A program made the position numbers and the translations under genes. DNA of 63,028 nucleotides, the filler included, from Diploschistes diacapsis (lineage: Eukaryota): NCBI GenBank assembly GCA_023645945.1. It is 18 parts of 18 records of this genome, joined end to end, with 100 filler letters (N's around TTAATTAATTAA, not from the genome) between each part and the next. Parts side by side here need not be neighbours in the genome. Positions count along the whole stretch, not along the records: positions 1 to 20,486 come from JALAIB010000342.1; 17 more parts are not named here. One strand, 5' to 3'. Position 1 is the first letter of the stretch. Each line of letters starts with the position of its first letter. Shown here in pieces: positions 1 through 11,087 of the stretch. The notes beneath the pieces were generated by a model. That model was given only the letters and a program-made list of their open reading frames with translations. It had not been told where the DNA came from and ran no database searches.

Positions 1-369
1 ATATTAAGTTTATAACGTTTCATAAAAAAAATCGAGAATAAAAAACGCTTTTTAATAATTATAAAAAACGTAAATTAAATAAACGAATCGAATTAAAAGA
101 TCGTTTTATATTTAATATAAACGAAGTTTTTAAAATAATAACTCGAGCTAAATCGAGTCGAATAATTTTAAAACGATCTATAACGCGTAAAAAACGTCGT
201 CACGTTTCTAAAATCGAGAAAGATAAAGAAAAAGAAGATAGATTCGATTTAAATCGATTAGATTCTAATTGCGACGAATAGATTGTATCTAAAAACCGTA
301 GAATATTGGCGGTAGTGATTTGAGGTGGCCGGAATCTGGGGGTGGCCGGAATCCCCGTGAAACACGTTA
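1..369 (+). mobile_element. RIP-degraded pogo/Fot1-like (Tc1/mariner) DNA transposon end, family A
   Basis: Ends ...GGTGGCCGGAATCTGGGGGTGGCCGGAATCCCCGTGAAACACGT (367) followed by TA. A TIR starting ACGT with two internal direct repeats is typical of Fot1/pogo. The sequence recurs at 21344, 24270, 25084, 30599 and 55074. Confidence 0.8.
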
Positions 370-850
370 TCGTAAATCGCGATCGTAAACAATTTATATA
401 AATTATTATTAATTTCTTTTTAAGCCGTAAATACTAAAGGTAAATGCAGTAACGAGGTGGAACATAATGTTCGATTTTTAAAAAAGTAGGGGGATAAAAT
501 AATTAAAATAACAAAGGTTGGGCATCTTAGTTTCACGAGCTAGGCAATGTGAGCATGGGTGAGCGTAGGCGCCAATCGCGTGACGGTAGGTCTGAAAGAA
601 GGGTGTGTAATCTTGGCATTTAAAGTCAAATCAACTTTATCCCCGATAACGCTGAACACTCTTCCTACAGTCGAGATCAATAGTAAAGCCTTTCTCTCCC
701 ACTTAAAGGCATTCAGTTTGCCGCTCAATTCACTTTTCTAGCTCCATTTCTACTTCCGATACCTTACTTAGTTCGGATCAAGCTTCACTACGCCCGACGT
801 CTAATCAGTATTACTAAAAGTCAAAGCATATTACTCTGCAATCTCACACC

Positions 851-1561
851 ATGACTGAAAACGACAAGAAGAAGATCCTCAAGCTCAAGCCCTCAGATGG
901 CACCGAGCCAATCGAAGTTGGTAAGTTCATCCCCCTGAACAGGTCCTGGTTTGTCCAGCCTCAATCTTTAAGATCAATAGCTAACTCGAACCTTCTGTAC
1001 AGACCGGGAACCGATGATGCGGTCCGTCCTGATCAGCAACATGATCGGCGATATAGCCGAAGCTGATTTTGAAGAACACCCCATCCCGCTACACAACGTC
1101 TCTCGCAATGTTCTCGAGAAGGTCGTTGAATGGTGCAAGCATCACCAGAATGACCCAATCACTAACCAAGACGATGACTCCGAGTCGCGCAAAAAGTCCA
1201 CCGACATTGATGATTGGGATCAAAAGTTCATGCAGGTCGATCAGGAAATGTTGTTTGAGATCATTCTTGTAAGCTTCTCTTTGTCCTTCAGCTTACTGAT
1301 GACCTTTGCTAACGTACAACACTACAGGCTGCAAACTACATGGACATCAAACCCCTCCTTGACGTTGGCTGCAAGACTGTCGCGAATATGATCAAGGGCA
1401 AGTCTCCAGAGGAAATTCGCAAGACCTTCAACATCCAGAATGACTTCACGCCTGAGGAGGAAGACCAGATCCGTCGTGAGAACGAATGGGCTGAGGAGTA
1501 AGTCAACCCCCTTGCTCCCGATCTTTCCCATCCACAATGCTAACACCCTTTTAGTCGCTAA
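851..1561 (+). CDS. SKP1: SCF ubiquitin ligase adaptor Skp1 (SconC/SkpA)
   Basis: Exons 851-920, 1003-1268, 1328-1497, 1555-1561. Motifs [75 protein letters not shown] and ENEWAEDR*. Confidence 0.97.
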
Positions 1562-2522
1562 GCTTCCACTCTACTGCACGCCACCGATGCAGCTTTCTCC
1601 GAGTGTCTAGATCAGAATCATGTGTTTACGAAGAATGGGTCTGGAAAGTTTGCGCTTGCGGGAAGCCTTTTAGAGCTCTTGCAAGGCGGAGTTATATGGG
1701 GGGATAGCTTGTTTTTTGATGGAGCCTCATTGGCCATCTTGCGCTGCGGATCTTAATTCGCTTGCAGGCTCCTACATGCATCAAGCTGGGAGTTAAGCGG
1801 GAGCACTCTCAGGCAACACCAAGGCTATAATTACTCGAGGCATTGTAGCAGGAATAGTCATAGAAATTATCGCTTGCAAGCACTTACGGATTACGGACCT
1901 TTATGCTGAGTGAAAATCAGCTCTACTGGTGCCATGCTGAAGATAGCGTTTACATCCCGATGATCTTTGTGCTGTCCCGAGGTCCTTCATAGGCTCATTG
2001 AGCTAGGAAATTCGATATATATGAACGCCTAAAACCAAACAATCTTTGAGTTGTCCGTAAGTGTTTCATGTCCTAATTCGGATTCGTCATGGCCCCAAGA
2101 ACTGTGTCCTTGTCTTCGAAAGAGCCAATATGACACATCCATAGCCAGATGCACAGGCCAAGTGGTTACTGCAAAATTTCCTTTGTGATTTCACTTGCAC
2201 AATCATTTAGACAGACTTTTTTTCGCATTTCTATTGTTGTCATGCAAAACCATTCGCTTGGTTTATCTCCCCAACGCTATCCGATCCTAAGAACAAAGAC
2301 CAGCAACAACCACCCGATTAGGTTCAACCTCAAGCCCCCATAACAATGCCCGTCACTCTGATATCGCACCCATTGCACCCATCGTAAGTTGTAGTCGGTC
2401 GTTATGGAACAGGTGATCAAGATCGAAGAATTTGGTAATTGGACGACGGAAATCGGTGTTGCAGGTTGATAAGATGGATGAAGTGTCGGCAGGGCATTGA
2501 AGATAGGTTGAAAGGAGCGAGC

Positions 2523-3127
2523 TCAAATGCCGAGGCGAGTCTTGCGCCAGTGCCTTCGTTTGGCGTTGTATCTTGTATGCAACCGTCAGCATCTATATCC
2601 GCCAAAACACATTGAAATCGCGCGCCGTTTGACAGGCCAAGCTCTTCCTGGAGTTTCTGCCATTTCAATTCACTATCACCGCCTCTTCTCTTGGGGCCAG
2701 CCAGCCCGGTATTGAGCCGGATGCATGACTGCACCTTGCCTATTCCCAGGCTGTAGCCACTACTTCGTATAAAAAGACTTGAGACTTGTATAACCTTTTC
2801 CTATTCTCCAAGCGCGCGCTAGATGTCGATTGTACATTTAAGACGACTCACCGGATAGTGTTGCCCGTCCGCAAGCGAATCCACTGCGGAATCGGTCTGT
2901 TCTGCTTCTGCGCCTTGGCGAGCTTCTGCTTCGTGCGGAAGGACTTGTGGCTCTATCGAAATTCAGAAAATTAGCATTTTGTGAATCTAAGGACATGGAA
3001 AAATTCATCGGGTGTTGCAAGGTTTTGCGTGATTATCGAGGCTATCCACTTAGGGAAGGCTAGACTGTTGGGCCCTGACAGCAGGGCTGAGAGATGCTGA
3101 AGATGGAAAGGTTGTCCTTACCGGCAT
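2523..3127 (-). CDS. RPL39: 60S ribosomal protein L39 (eL39), 51 aa
   Basis: Exons 3127-3122 (ATG CCG), 2952-2852 and 2571-2523 splice to [51 protein letters not shown]. Not in the ORF track. Confidence 0.97.
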
Positions 3128-3436
3128 TTTGATGGCAAATGTCGAGAAAAAGTATTCCAATCTTGACGATATCTTTTCCTGATTTCACGGAAGGGTGATA
3201 TGAGAGGAGAGTGTGTAGGGCTGAATCGCTTATAGTTAAAACCTACGCTAGGCGGGGAGTGGAATATCTCGGGCTTTCAAGGGGTTTGCTCTTTGCTGAT
3301 TGGGCTTGCGATTGCATTTGGCCTTTGTAAGGCCTTCGAAAATAACCGATATCATGAACTTATCTGTCAAGGTCTATTATTAAAACGTGTGCCTTCGTGA
3401 AATACTGCCTTTAGGCTTGGCAAAGCCTGAAATCTA

Positions 3437-4992
3437 TCATTCTAACCTTTTGGCTTTCTTTTTCGCAGGTCCCTCCCTTTCTTTTTCCTTTCCCTGCCTT
3501 TTCCCTCTCCCATTCCCTAGCCTGGCCCAAAATCCGCTTGTATAATTCAGAATTAAGTCCAAAGAAGTTTCTGCCGCGGCTTTGGGTATCGCTACGGCGG
3601 CAGACAGTATGGCAAGCATTGCCTGGCCTGGTACAACTACTATGGCGGCCAAGAAGTCCAGTAATATAGCGGCACTCCCTTTCCTACCCCTTTCTGCCGC
3701 GGCCGCAAGTGATAGCGCGTCTTTTGTACGAGACTCGAGATTCTGTAGCTGACTTTCAATCTGCATATTGAAGACAGTCACGCGTTTCTCATAGCGACGT
3801 ACAGCGCGGTTCAATGCATCCAATTCAGGCTGTATACTTTTGCGTACTTCAGCCACTAGTTGAGGGGTTCTTGGCTCACCGGCCTTGGCCTTGGCCTCGT
3901 TAACCGTCGACACTGCATGTGACTCGAGTTCGTCAAGACGAGCCAGAATCTCCTTCGGAATAGCCAGTTCCGTAGGCTGTGGCGTGTGAGGATTCGTCGC
4001 TACCATCCGTTGAAGGTACATGGTGCGTGACTGTATCAACGTCAAGACATGGGAGACGGGTCTAATCTCTGCCGCCAAAAGGAATATACTAAGATTGTAG
4101 TCGGACACCAGCCCTTCTGAAGGGCGTGACAGCTGAAAACGAACGGTGTGCAAAAGCCAGGCGCCGAAGATCGGGCCAAGAAAACAAGCCAGAAGCGCCA
4201 GAACCTCATGAGTGCGAAGCTCAGAAGCAGCAGCGGATTGTCGAGCAGATGGTATATCTTTAGCATTTTCCGTATCATCTTTCTGTGCGTTGTCGTCTCC
4301 CTTGGGTTTATTCAAATATTCATCCTCGTTTTTAGCGCCCTCTTCCTTGTCTTCATCACGATCTTCCTCAATAATGGCGTCGGAAGTCTCGTAAGGAACT
4401 TGAGCTTGCGTGCGAATCGATTGTGTAGAATGATACCAGTCCCTCGAGGAGAGTCAGTCACACATGGAAAACGAAGGTAACCTCAAGAACATGACCCCCA
4501 ACGGCGTTGATGAGTTGATAGCTTGTGTACATACCATGGCAGCCTTACACACCAGTTCAAAAATATAGCAGCCAGAATCAACAGCGTCAAATCCGTCAAC
4601 ATAGCACTACCATTATTGAATAGGACTCCTCCAAGTGCGGGCAAAAGAGCAAGTAATAATGGCGCTGAGTGCAGATGTGATGGTTCATTTTGGGTATTTT
4701 GACCTGGAAGAACAGCACGTGGCAGAAGCAGGTCGCTCATTGAAGACTTCATCGACTCTCGGTCTACAGAATCAGCGTCCATGAAAGAGCTTCTTCGCCG
4801 CTCTGAGGGACTCGTGAGGTCTCCAAGCGTAGCGGACCGCATCAGTGAACGATGTCGCAATGGTGACATAGCTTTTCGCCCGGAACTGAAAGCTGCAGAA
4901 CCATTCTGTGGGGCTACTCTGTCCTCTCCTTTTTCTCCGCTACAAGCGTGACTATCTCGGATTATTGGCTTGAAGTTGTTGTTCGAAGACAT
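3437..4992 (-). CDS. Conserved fungal hypothetical membrane protein with C-terminal coiled coil
   Basis: ORFs 4483-4992 and 3437-4315 are joined by intron 4534-4443 (GTATGT...ACTGAC...GAG), giving ...FLNWCVRLPWDWYHS.... Several hydrophobic helices and a coiled-coil-like segment (LDALNRAVRRYEKR). Confidence 0.75.
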
Positions 4993-5699
4993 CGTAGTTG
5001 AGGATTGATGTCGCTGAACTAATGGTTACTTGTAGGCTTGGCGCGCCCGGGGCAGACAGATGAAGCTGCTAGCCAATAACCACTGGCAGCATTCATCAAT
5101 CGCTATTGCCCTCATAATGAGCACAATAAATGGACATTCTTTAGAATGGACAGGATACTGCTTGGGAAGCGCCTATCAGCGCTTAGAAAAGAGGTTGCTA
5201 AGCGGTCACTCGTCAGAACGCTTAGAAATTGACTGAAGGCGAGGTCAGGCAGAAGTTTGTCCCCGGCTAACGGAGGGATGACGCTGCTTTGCCTTGCCGA
5301 CGCGGGCCGAAGCGCGTTGAGACGGGCCGATCTTTGGCCGATTGAATATCAGGACTTTGTGAGCATCATCCTCCCCTAGTCAACGCAAAGACTGACAATG
5401 TTTTTCACCAGCCTTAAAACTATCACACTCACATGGGCAGCAGCTTCTACTACTGCCTTGCCTAATAACCTCAATCAAGCCTCTTGCGGACGCTGTCTGA
5501 ACTCGAAGCTGTTGGGTGACATGCAATAGCATCTTCTTTGTAGAAGACTTGAGCTGACAGCAACAAAGAAGCGCCACACCACTCATTGCCAGTCTTTCCT
5601 GTATCAAGCAGATAACCTGCAGTGAGATAGTATCGAGGCACGTGTCGATGATTTATCACTCCGATGCGGATTAACTGCGGAGTATGACCTTTCGAGAAA

Positions 5700-5778
5700 C
5701 CTTATTGTCGCCCCAAAAGGGAAATCCGGCCCCTTATAGTGAAAGCTTCAATAAGGTTGACCAACCACGTTTATTGAG
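5700..5778 (+). promoter_or_regulatory. Putative MAT alpha-box (alpha1) / Mcm1 sites upstream of STE3
   Basis: CTTATTG-TCG-CCCCAAAAGGGAAA at 5701-5724, an inverted CCTTATTGAA at 5747-5756, and TTTATTGAG at 5770-5778. Confidence 0.55.
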
Positions 5779-6354
5779 ATGTTTCTCCCTCTTCAACAGC
5801 TCCTATGTACTATAGAGATCGTCTATGCTCTTAATTAAAGTGGTTTTGAATCATTACGTCTTATTCAAAGGTTTCCTCGTCGATGATACGCAATCCTCTC
5901 TTTTGATTTCTCATATTTCCTATATCATCTACTCCATACTTCTTCCAATACATCTACATCTCTTTTCAGGTAATAAGTCTTCTCTTCTTCCCTCCTTCAG
6001 GGCGCATGTTTTGGTTCAACATCATTTCATCTTTGTCCAGGGTCTAGCATCTTGGCTGGAAGCAACTATCTATTGTGGTCGCCACACTCCCGACTTGATG
6101 GTAGGTACAACTCCTCATTTGCGGCATGCTTCCTTTGCTGCAGATGCTGTAGTGGCGACTGCCATCTGTATGTGCTTCAACAGGTGAAAGTAACGAGTTC
6201 ACTTTGGGCTTGCTCAGAGTATCACTTTACGAACTTGACCACCGCGCTTCCTGCTACGCGGCTTTTACCCTTTGGCATTTGGAGGAGTTCACATCACTTA
6301 GTCTCGTTAGCCCTCATCTATCCGTCTTTACTAACACATTTACTACAGTCCGGC

Positions 6355-8178
6355 ATGGTTTCCCTCAATATTAGCTATGACGGTGGCTCCACGTCAACCA
6401 ACAACTTCTCCGCGCTACCACTCTCCGCCGTGGACCCCTACTTCACGAGCACCTCCGGCGGCTCCGTATTACTCGTCGCCATGTCCTTCTTCGCCCTCCT
6501 CTTCTCCATCCCTGCTCTCATCTGGCACGTCAAGAACCGCAACTTGCCCGCATCCTCGATGGTCTTTTGGATTGTCCTTGAGAACACCTTCAATATCATC
6601 AATGCCCTCGTCTGGCCCAATGATAATGTCCTGGCCTGGCCTTCTGGTGTTGGGTACTGCGACGTTGAAATCAAGCTCGACATCGCCTCCTCCATTGGTC
6701 TGCTCGGTTCCCTCTGCTGCATTCTACGCTCCCTCGCCAAAGCGCTCGACACGGATAACGCGCGGCTCATGGCCACGCCAGCAGAGCGCCAGCGGCAGCT
6801 CGCTCTCGAGCTCTTCTATTGCGTTGGCCTTCCCCTCGTGCTCGCGGTGCTTCACTTCGTCATCCAACCCTTCCGATACTACGTCCTCGCTATAGCGGGT
6901 TGCGCGCCAGCATTCAGCAATTCCTGGCTAACGATTATGATCTTCTATATCTGGCCGCCAGTCGTCTGTCTCATAAACGTCTACTACTCTATCTTGCTGA
7001 TTGCCCGCATCCACCGGTACCGCCGGGATTTCTCCAGTATCATTACCTCGCGCGGCGGGCTCAACAAATCCCGCTTCCTCCGCCTCTTTTCTGCGGCTAT
7101 GGTTATGTTGTGCATAGTCGTCCCGACACAGGCGTATTCGTTGTACCGAAACTTGCAGGACGAAATTACCACGTTCGACTGGAAGGAGACCCATAACCCA
7201 CAGACATGGCAGACTGTCATCTTCGTGCCCACGTATGGTGTCGTGTTCGAGGACCGCTGGATCCGTGTAGGCTTGGCATTGCCGGTATTTCTATGTTTCG
7301 GATGGGGCAAGGACGCAAAGAGTCTTTACAAATCCTGGGCGCTACTCCTCGGCCTCGACCGCTTCTTCCCCTCTCTTCGCCCGAGCGGTAGTTCCGCACC
7401 AGCAGGCCACAGAAACCTCCACATCGGCACTTCGACCACTCTTTCCTCCGCTTCTTCCAAATACCCCTTCGTTTCGAAAGCGCTCAAGCTTCTTACCTCA
7501 CCCTTCCCCTCCTCACCTGGAAAGACCACTTCCACCCTCTCCGACACGAGCTCCACCGCCTACCCCAAGCCCAGCCCACGCTATATCTCCGACTCCATCG
7601 ACCAAAGCGTCAAGACAACCGACTTCGCTCTCTCCCCCAAAACCTCCTTTAATAACGCTTGCAGAAAGGACGAAACAAGCACCAAAGAACTCTCCGCCAT
7701 CCCCCTCGAAGCTCTGGCAGCCAGAGCCCAGCAGCGCCATGCCAAAAAAGCCGAAGAGGCGCAGCGGAAAAAGCGCCCCCACTCCTTGTACTCCCTCGGC
7801 TCCCTGGACTCGGAGACGACGTACATAAACTCGCCCGCCTTCCTCCACTCACCCCACGCCCCCGGCCCGCCATCCGCGAACGCTAGGGCAGGCCAAGCAG
7901 CAGCCAAAGATGGGAGCGAGAGGAATCACACCTCGACCTCGAATTCGAACTCCGTGGTGAGCCATGATACATGCAGTGCGGTCGAGGACGACGAGGAGGA
8001 GGAGGAGGAGGAGGAGGAGGGTATGGGACGCGGCAAGGCTCGGGCCAAGGCCACGAAGAGGATGCGGATGGAGAAAGAAAAGGAAGGCAAGCGCAGCTGG
8101 GAGACGGCCGCGCAGGCGATGGCGATGGTGCAGGCGGAGAGGGAGTACGAGGATCTTGTTGTTGGGGCTTTGACCTGA
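6355..8178 (+). CDS. STE3: a-factor pheromone receptor, STE3/PRE1 family GPCR
   Basis: Seven hydrophobic segments. Motifs WHVKNRN, NALVWPND..W..G.GYCDVEIKL, FVIQPFRYYVLAIAGC and FLCFGWGKDA. Long S/P-rich C-tail with poly-E. First plausible ATG is 6355, just after a CTAAC...TACAG acceptor (probable 5'UTR intron). Confidence 0.93.
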   Translation: MVSLNISYDGGSTSTNNFSALPLSAVDPYFTSTSGGSVLLVAMSFFALLFSIPALIWHVKNRNLPASSMVFWIVLENTFNIINALVWPNDNVLAWPSGVGYCDVEIKLDIASSIGLLGSLCCILRSLAKALDTDNARLMATPAERQRQLALELFYCVGLPLVLAVLHFVIQPFRYYVLAIAGCAPAFSNSWLTIMIFYIWPPVVCLINVYYSILLIARIHRYRRDFSSIITSRGGLNKSRFLRLFSAAMVMLCIVVPTQAYSLYRNLQDEITTFDWKETHNPQTWQTVIFVPTYGVVFEDRWIRVGLALPVFLCFGWGKDAKSLYKSWALLLGLDRFFPSLRPSGSSAPAGHRNLHIGTSTTLSSASSKYPFVSKALKLLTSPFPSSPGKTTSTLSDTSSTAYPKPSPRYISDSIDQSVKTTDFALSPKTSFNNACRKDETSTKELSAIPLEALAARAQQRHAKKAEEAQRKKRPHSLYSLGSLDSETTYINSPAFLHSPHAPGPPSANARAGQAAAKDGSERNHTSTSNSNSVVSHDTCSAVEDDEEEEEEEEEGMGRGKARAKATKRMRMEKEKEGKRSWETAAQAMAMVQAEREYEDLVVGALT

Positions 8179-8340
8179 GGGGAGGGAGGAGAAGGGGGTT
8201 ACGGAAACGGGGATGGTGATGGTGGTGATGGTGGTGATGATGATGATGATGATGATGGGGAAAGGCGAAAGGGGAGGGATATTTGTGTACTGGATGGGTA
8301 GCGGGCTAGTGGCTGGTAGTGGTGGTGGTGGTGGTGGTGG
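7992..8340 (+). repeat. Trinucleotide microsatellites (GAG)n, (GAT/GGT)n, (GGT)n
   Basis: (GAG)n encodes poly-E in the STE3 tail. GAT/GGT runs at ~8212-8257 and GGT at ~8320-8340 lie in the 3' flank. Confidence 0.85.
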
Positions 8341-9128
8341 AAAGAAATGGAGGGCGGGATGGCGGAGGATGGTGCTGTGCTTTTTATATTGGTAGCCGCA
8401 TCTGATGGCTTCTACTTGGCAACTTTGTCGTTATGGGTTCGGGCAGCAGCATGGGCCATATAGCAGCACGGGAAGTGGAAAAAAAGTTGGGAAGAGCTCG
8501 CCATAGCTTCTTCCATCAGACTTGGCCCACAAAGGATGAATAATGATGCGCCGCGTTTGTGCGTGCGTGCATGCATGCGTCCGTCCGTCGGGAGTTTGCT
8601 TTGCGTATAACTTGGCTTGCTTTGCAGAACCGCTGGACGGCGCTTTGCCTTGGCCCGGTCAACCCTTGTCTTGTTGATATGCTCGTGCGAAGAGGGGTTG
8701 ATAGCTTGGACTCGAGTTGAATAGTGGGAATGAAAGGCATTGATAATAAATGATTGATTAGGCTTGTGGGGGCAATCACGCGTGGATTCGTGCTCGATTG
8801 CGCCCATGTCCATTCAGTGTGGAGAAACGTGCCGTGTCCCTTCCTGAACAAAGTATCGACACAACTCGAGACGAGCGCTTGAGATTGGCATTAAAGGAGC
8901 GACAACGTGGCAAGAACATGTAGAGCCAGGTCGCAAGCATGGAGGAGAAGAACCATTGGGCTTACCTGACGCTGCTGTTCTCTAGCCAAACACATACTAG
9001 TTGAAAGCCCTTCACAGCGTGTATGAGCAAGTACTCCCATCAAGAGCCAAGCTAACATAACAAAGAAAAAGGATACACATCAGCGCATCAGCGTGGTAAC
9101 CGACGATGTTCTGATAGCTTGACAGGCT

Positions 9129-11087
9129 CTAAATAAACTTCAACCTCTTAGCAACTAACAGACTCCCAACTACGATCGCAGCAATTAACCCAATGATACC
9201 AAAAAACCACGACAACGGCCCATCGTTCACACCGCCAGGAACAGGCACGTTCATGCCGAAGAGACCGCAGATCAAGTTCAGCGGCACGAGCACCGTAGCA
9301 ATGAGAGTGATCTTCCCCAAAACCGCGTTGGCCCTGTTGCCCTGCTGGATCTGATCGACGCTCAACTGAGCTAAGTAGTTCGAGTGCGAGCGACCAAGCA
9401 TCTTCTCGAAGTGGCCCAGGTTGCTCATCATCGTAACAACGTGGTCCTGGATGTCGCCTAAGTACAGACCAATCTCGCCACGAGGGGCCACGCCGAACTG
9501 CTCGTTACAGCGCTTGGCGAAGCCCTTGATGACGTCCGCTTTGCCGCCCAGTAGGCGCATGAGGGTCATGACCTTCTTGCGGCACTCACCGATGCGGCGT
9601 AGTGAGGAACTGAAATCCTCCGAGCGGGCGACGAAGACGGAATCTTCAATGTTGTCGGTTTCAATTTCAAGGTTGCGGATGACGGGCTGGAAGCAGTCAA
9701 CAATGTTATCCACCATAGCGTAACAGATCCAATCTGCCGTGAGATTGATGTAGTTTCGCAGTCTTCCAATGCGCTTGCGGACTTCCGCGGCGTGTGGGCT
9801 TGGGGCATAGGTGAATGTAAGAATGCCCTCGCGGAAGACGACCATGTATACATTGACTGGTTCCAGGTAATCATCGCTTTCTTTGTCCATCTGGTGGAAG
9901 GAGCGAAAACAGACAAAGTAGTACTGGTGGAACAACTCCACTTTCTCGCGGCTCTCCTTAGTCTCGATATCCTCTGTTGTCAATCTATGGATACCGAACG
10001 CCTTTTGAAACATATCCATCTCTTCCTCGGTGGGATTTATAACGTCAAGCCACCATGCGCCGCTTTCGGGGGGTAGTTCGAAAAGATCGCGGAATCTCTC
10101 GCCCGGCATTATCAGGTCTCCCATTTCCGGCGCATGGATCGTCTGTTCAATTTCGGAAGAGAAGAAGCTGAAACGATTTGTATCCGCAACGCCGGGTTTA
10201 CGGTCAAAACTCCTAGCGCTGAGCCTCTCGTCGTTGCCTGCGGCGAGTTTCTCGTCGATTGCACACGCCGAGTCGGTTTCTGGTTTTCGGCCGTCGGGAC
10301 TTGGAGCATGCTCAAAAATATTTGGCACACTCACGCCATTGGGTAGATTCAGGGCGGTGAAAACTGGTTTCCTTGCTCCTTCAGAACTAACACCCTGGTC
10401 TTCATGGGTCAAGCCTGTTGAGCGGGATTTGCTGTTTAGTACCACAAACTCTTCGATTTCTTCATAATCAATCTTGAAGGTTTTGCTCGGCTGCTCCTCC
10501 TGAACAGGGAAGCATACATCATCCTCGGGTTGTTCGCCGTCGACGTCCGCTGGTCGGGTGCTCACATTGTCAAAGGTAGGACGACGGGCACGCGTTCCAC
10601 CAGATACCGTCCTTTGGATCTGAGCCTCGAGCTCGGACTGGCTGCCGAAAGTATTCGCTCTCTCTCGTCGCCGTGGTTCGGCGAACGCATCGACAGAATT
10701 CGGTGGCGAGGAGGACCTATCTGAAGGAGACCTGTCGCGGGAGCGACCCATATCTTCCAATCTTTGTTGAACGCGCCTAGAGAAGACGCGACTAGCATGT
10801 CCATTGGGTGGAGGTATTAGCTCTTCTCCACCATTCTTGTCATCGTCGATGATTGCTTGCTCCAAATCTCGGGACTTGGGTACAGTTCCTTCAGGTGATT
10901 CCATGGTGTTTCTATTTTCTTGTCTTGCTACCGACCTAGATGTGCCGGCTCTTGGTCTGCCTTCAGAGACCGGAGACCTTGGAGGGTTTGCTGTAGCTGG
11001 TAACGTAAACTGCTGACGGTGATCATCTAGCTCAGAAGCCGGTGTACTAAAGCGGGTTTCGATCTTGTCGGAAGGTGGAGAATACAT
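9129..11087 (-). CDS. ALR1: CorA-family Mg2+ transporter, Alr1-type
   Basis: 652-aa ORF with WWLDVINPT..EM, KAFGIHRLTTEDI...ESREKVELF..YYFVCF, YLGDIQDH, the GMN signature (GLFGMNVPVPG) and two C-terminal TM helices. Confidence 0.92.
   Translation of the reverse strand: MYSPPSDKIETRFSTPASELDDHRQQFTLPATANPPRSPVSEGRPRAGTSRSVARQENRNTMESPEGTVPKSRDLEQAIIDDDKNGGEELIPPPNGHASRVFSRRVQQRLEDMGRSRDRSPSDRSSSPPNSVDAFAEPRRRERANTFGSQSELEAQIQRTVSGGTRARRPTFDNVSTRPADVDGEQPEDDVCFPVQEEQPSKTFKIDYEEIEEFVVLNSKSRSTGLTHEDQGVSSEGARKPVFTALNLPNGVSVPNIFEHAPSPDGRKPETDSACAIDEKLAAGNDERLSARSFDRKPGVADTNRFSFFSSEIEQTIHAPEMGDLIMPGERFRDLFELPPESGAWWLDVINPTEEEMDMFQKAFGIHRLTTEDIETKESREKVELFHQYYFVCFRSFHQMDKESDDYLEPVNVYMVVFREGILTFTYAPSPHAAEVRKRIGRLRNYINLTADWICYAMVDNIVDCFQPVIRNLEIETDNIEDSVFVARSEDFSSSLRRIGECRKKVMTLMRLLGGKADVIKGFAKRCNEQFGVAPRGEIGLYLGDIQDHVVTMMSNLGHFEKMLGRSHSNYLAQLSVDQIQQGNRANAVLGKITLIATVLVPLNLICGLFGMNVPVPGGVNDGPLSWFFGIIGLIAAIVVGSLLVAKRLKFI

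Noticed and set aside
2353..2734. ORFs of 79-105 aa around 2353-2734, and the many antisense ORFs over STE3, ALR1, YME2 and RPC2
   Set aside because: Shadow ORFs. The first set overlaps RPL39 intron 2, exon 3 and the 3'UTR.
6052..6354. 100-aa N-terminal extension of STE3 in the ORF track
   Set aside because: It starts at a non-ATG codon and overlaps a probable 5'UTR intron (CTAAC...TACAG at 6331-6348).
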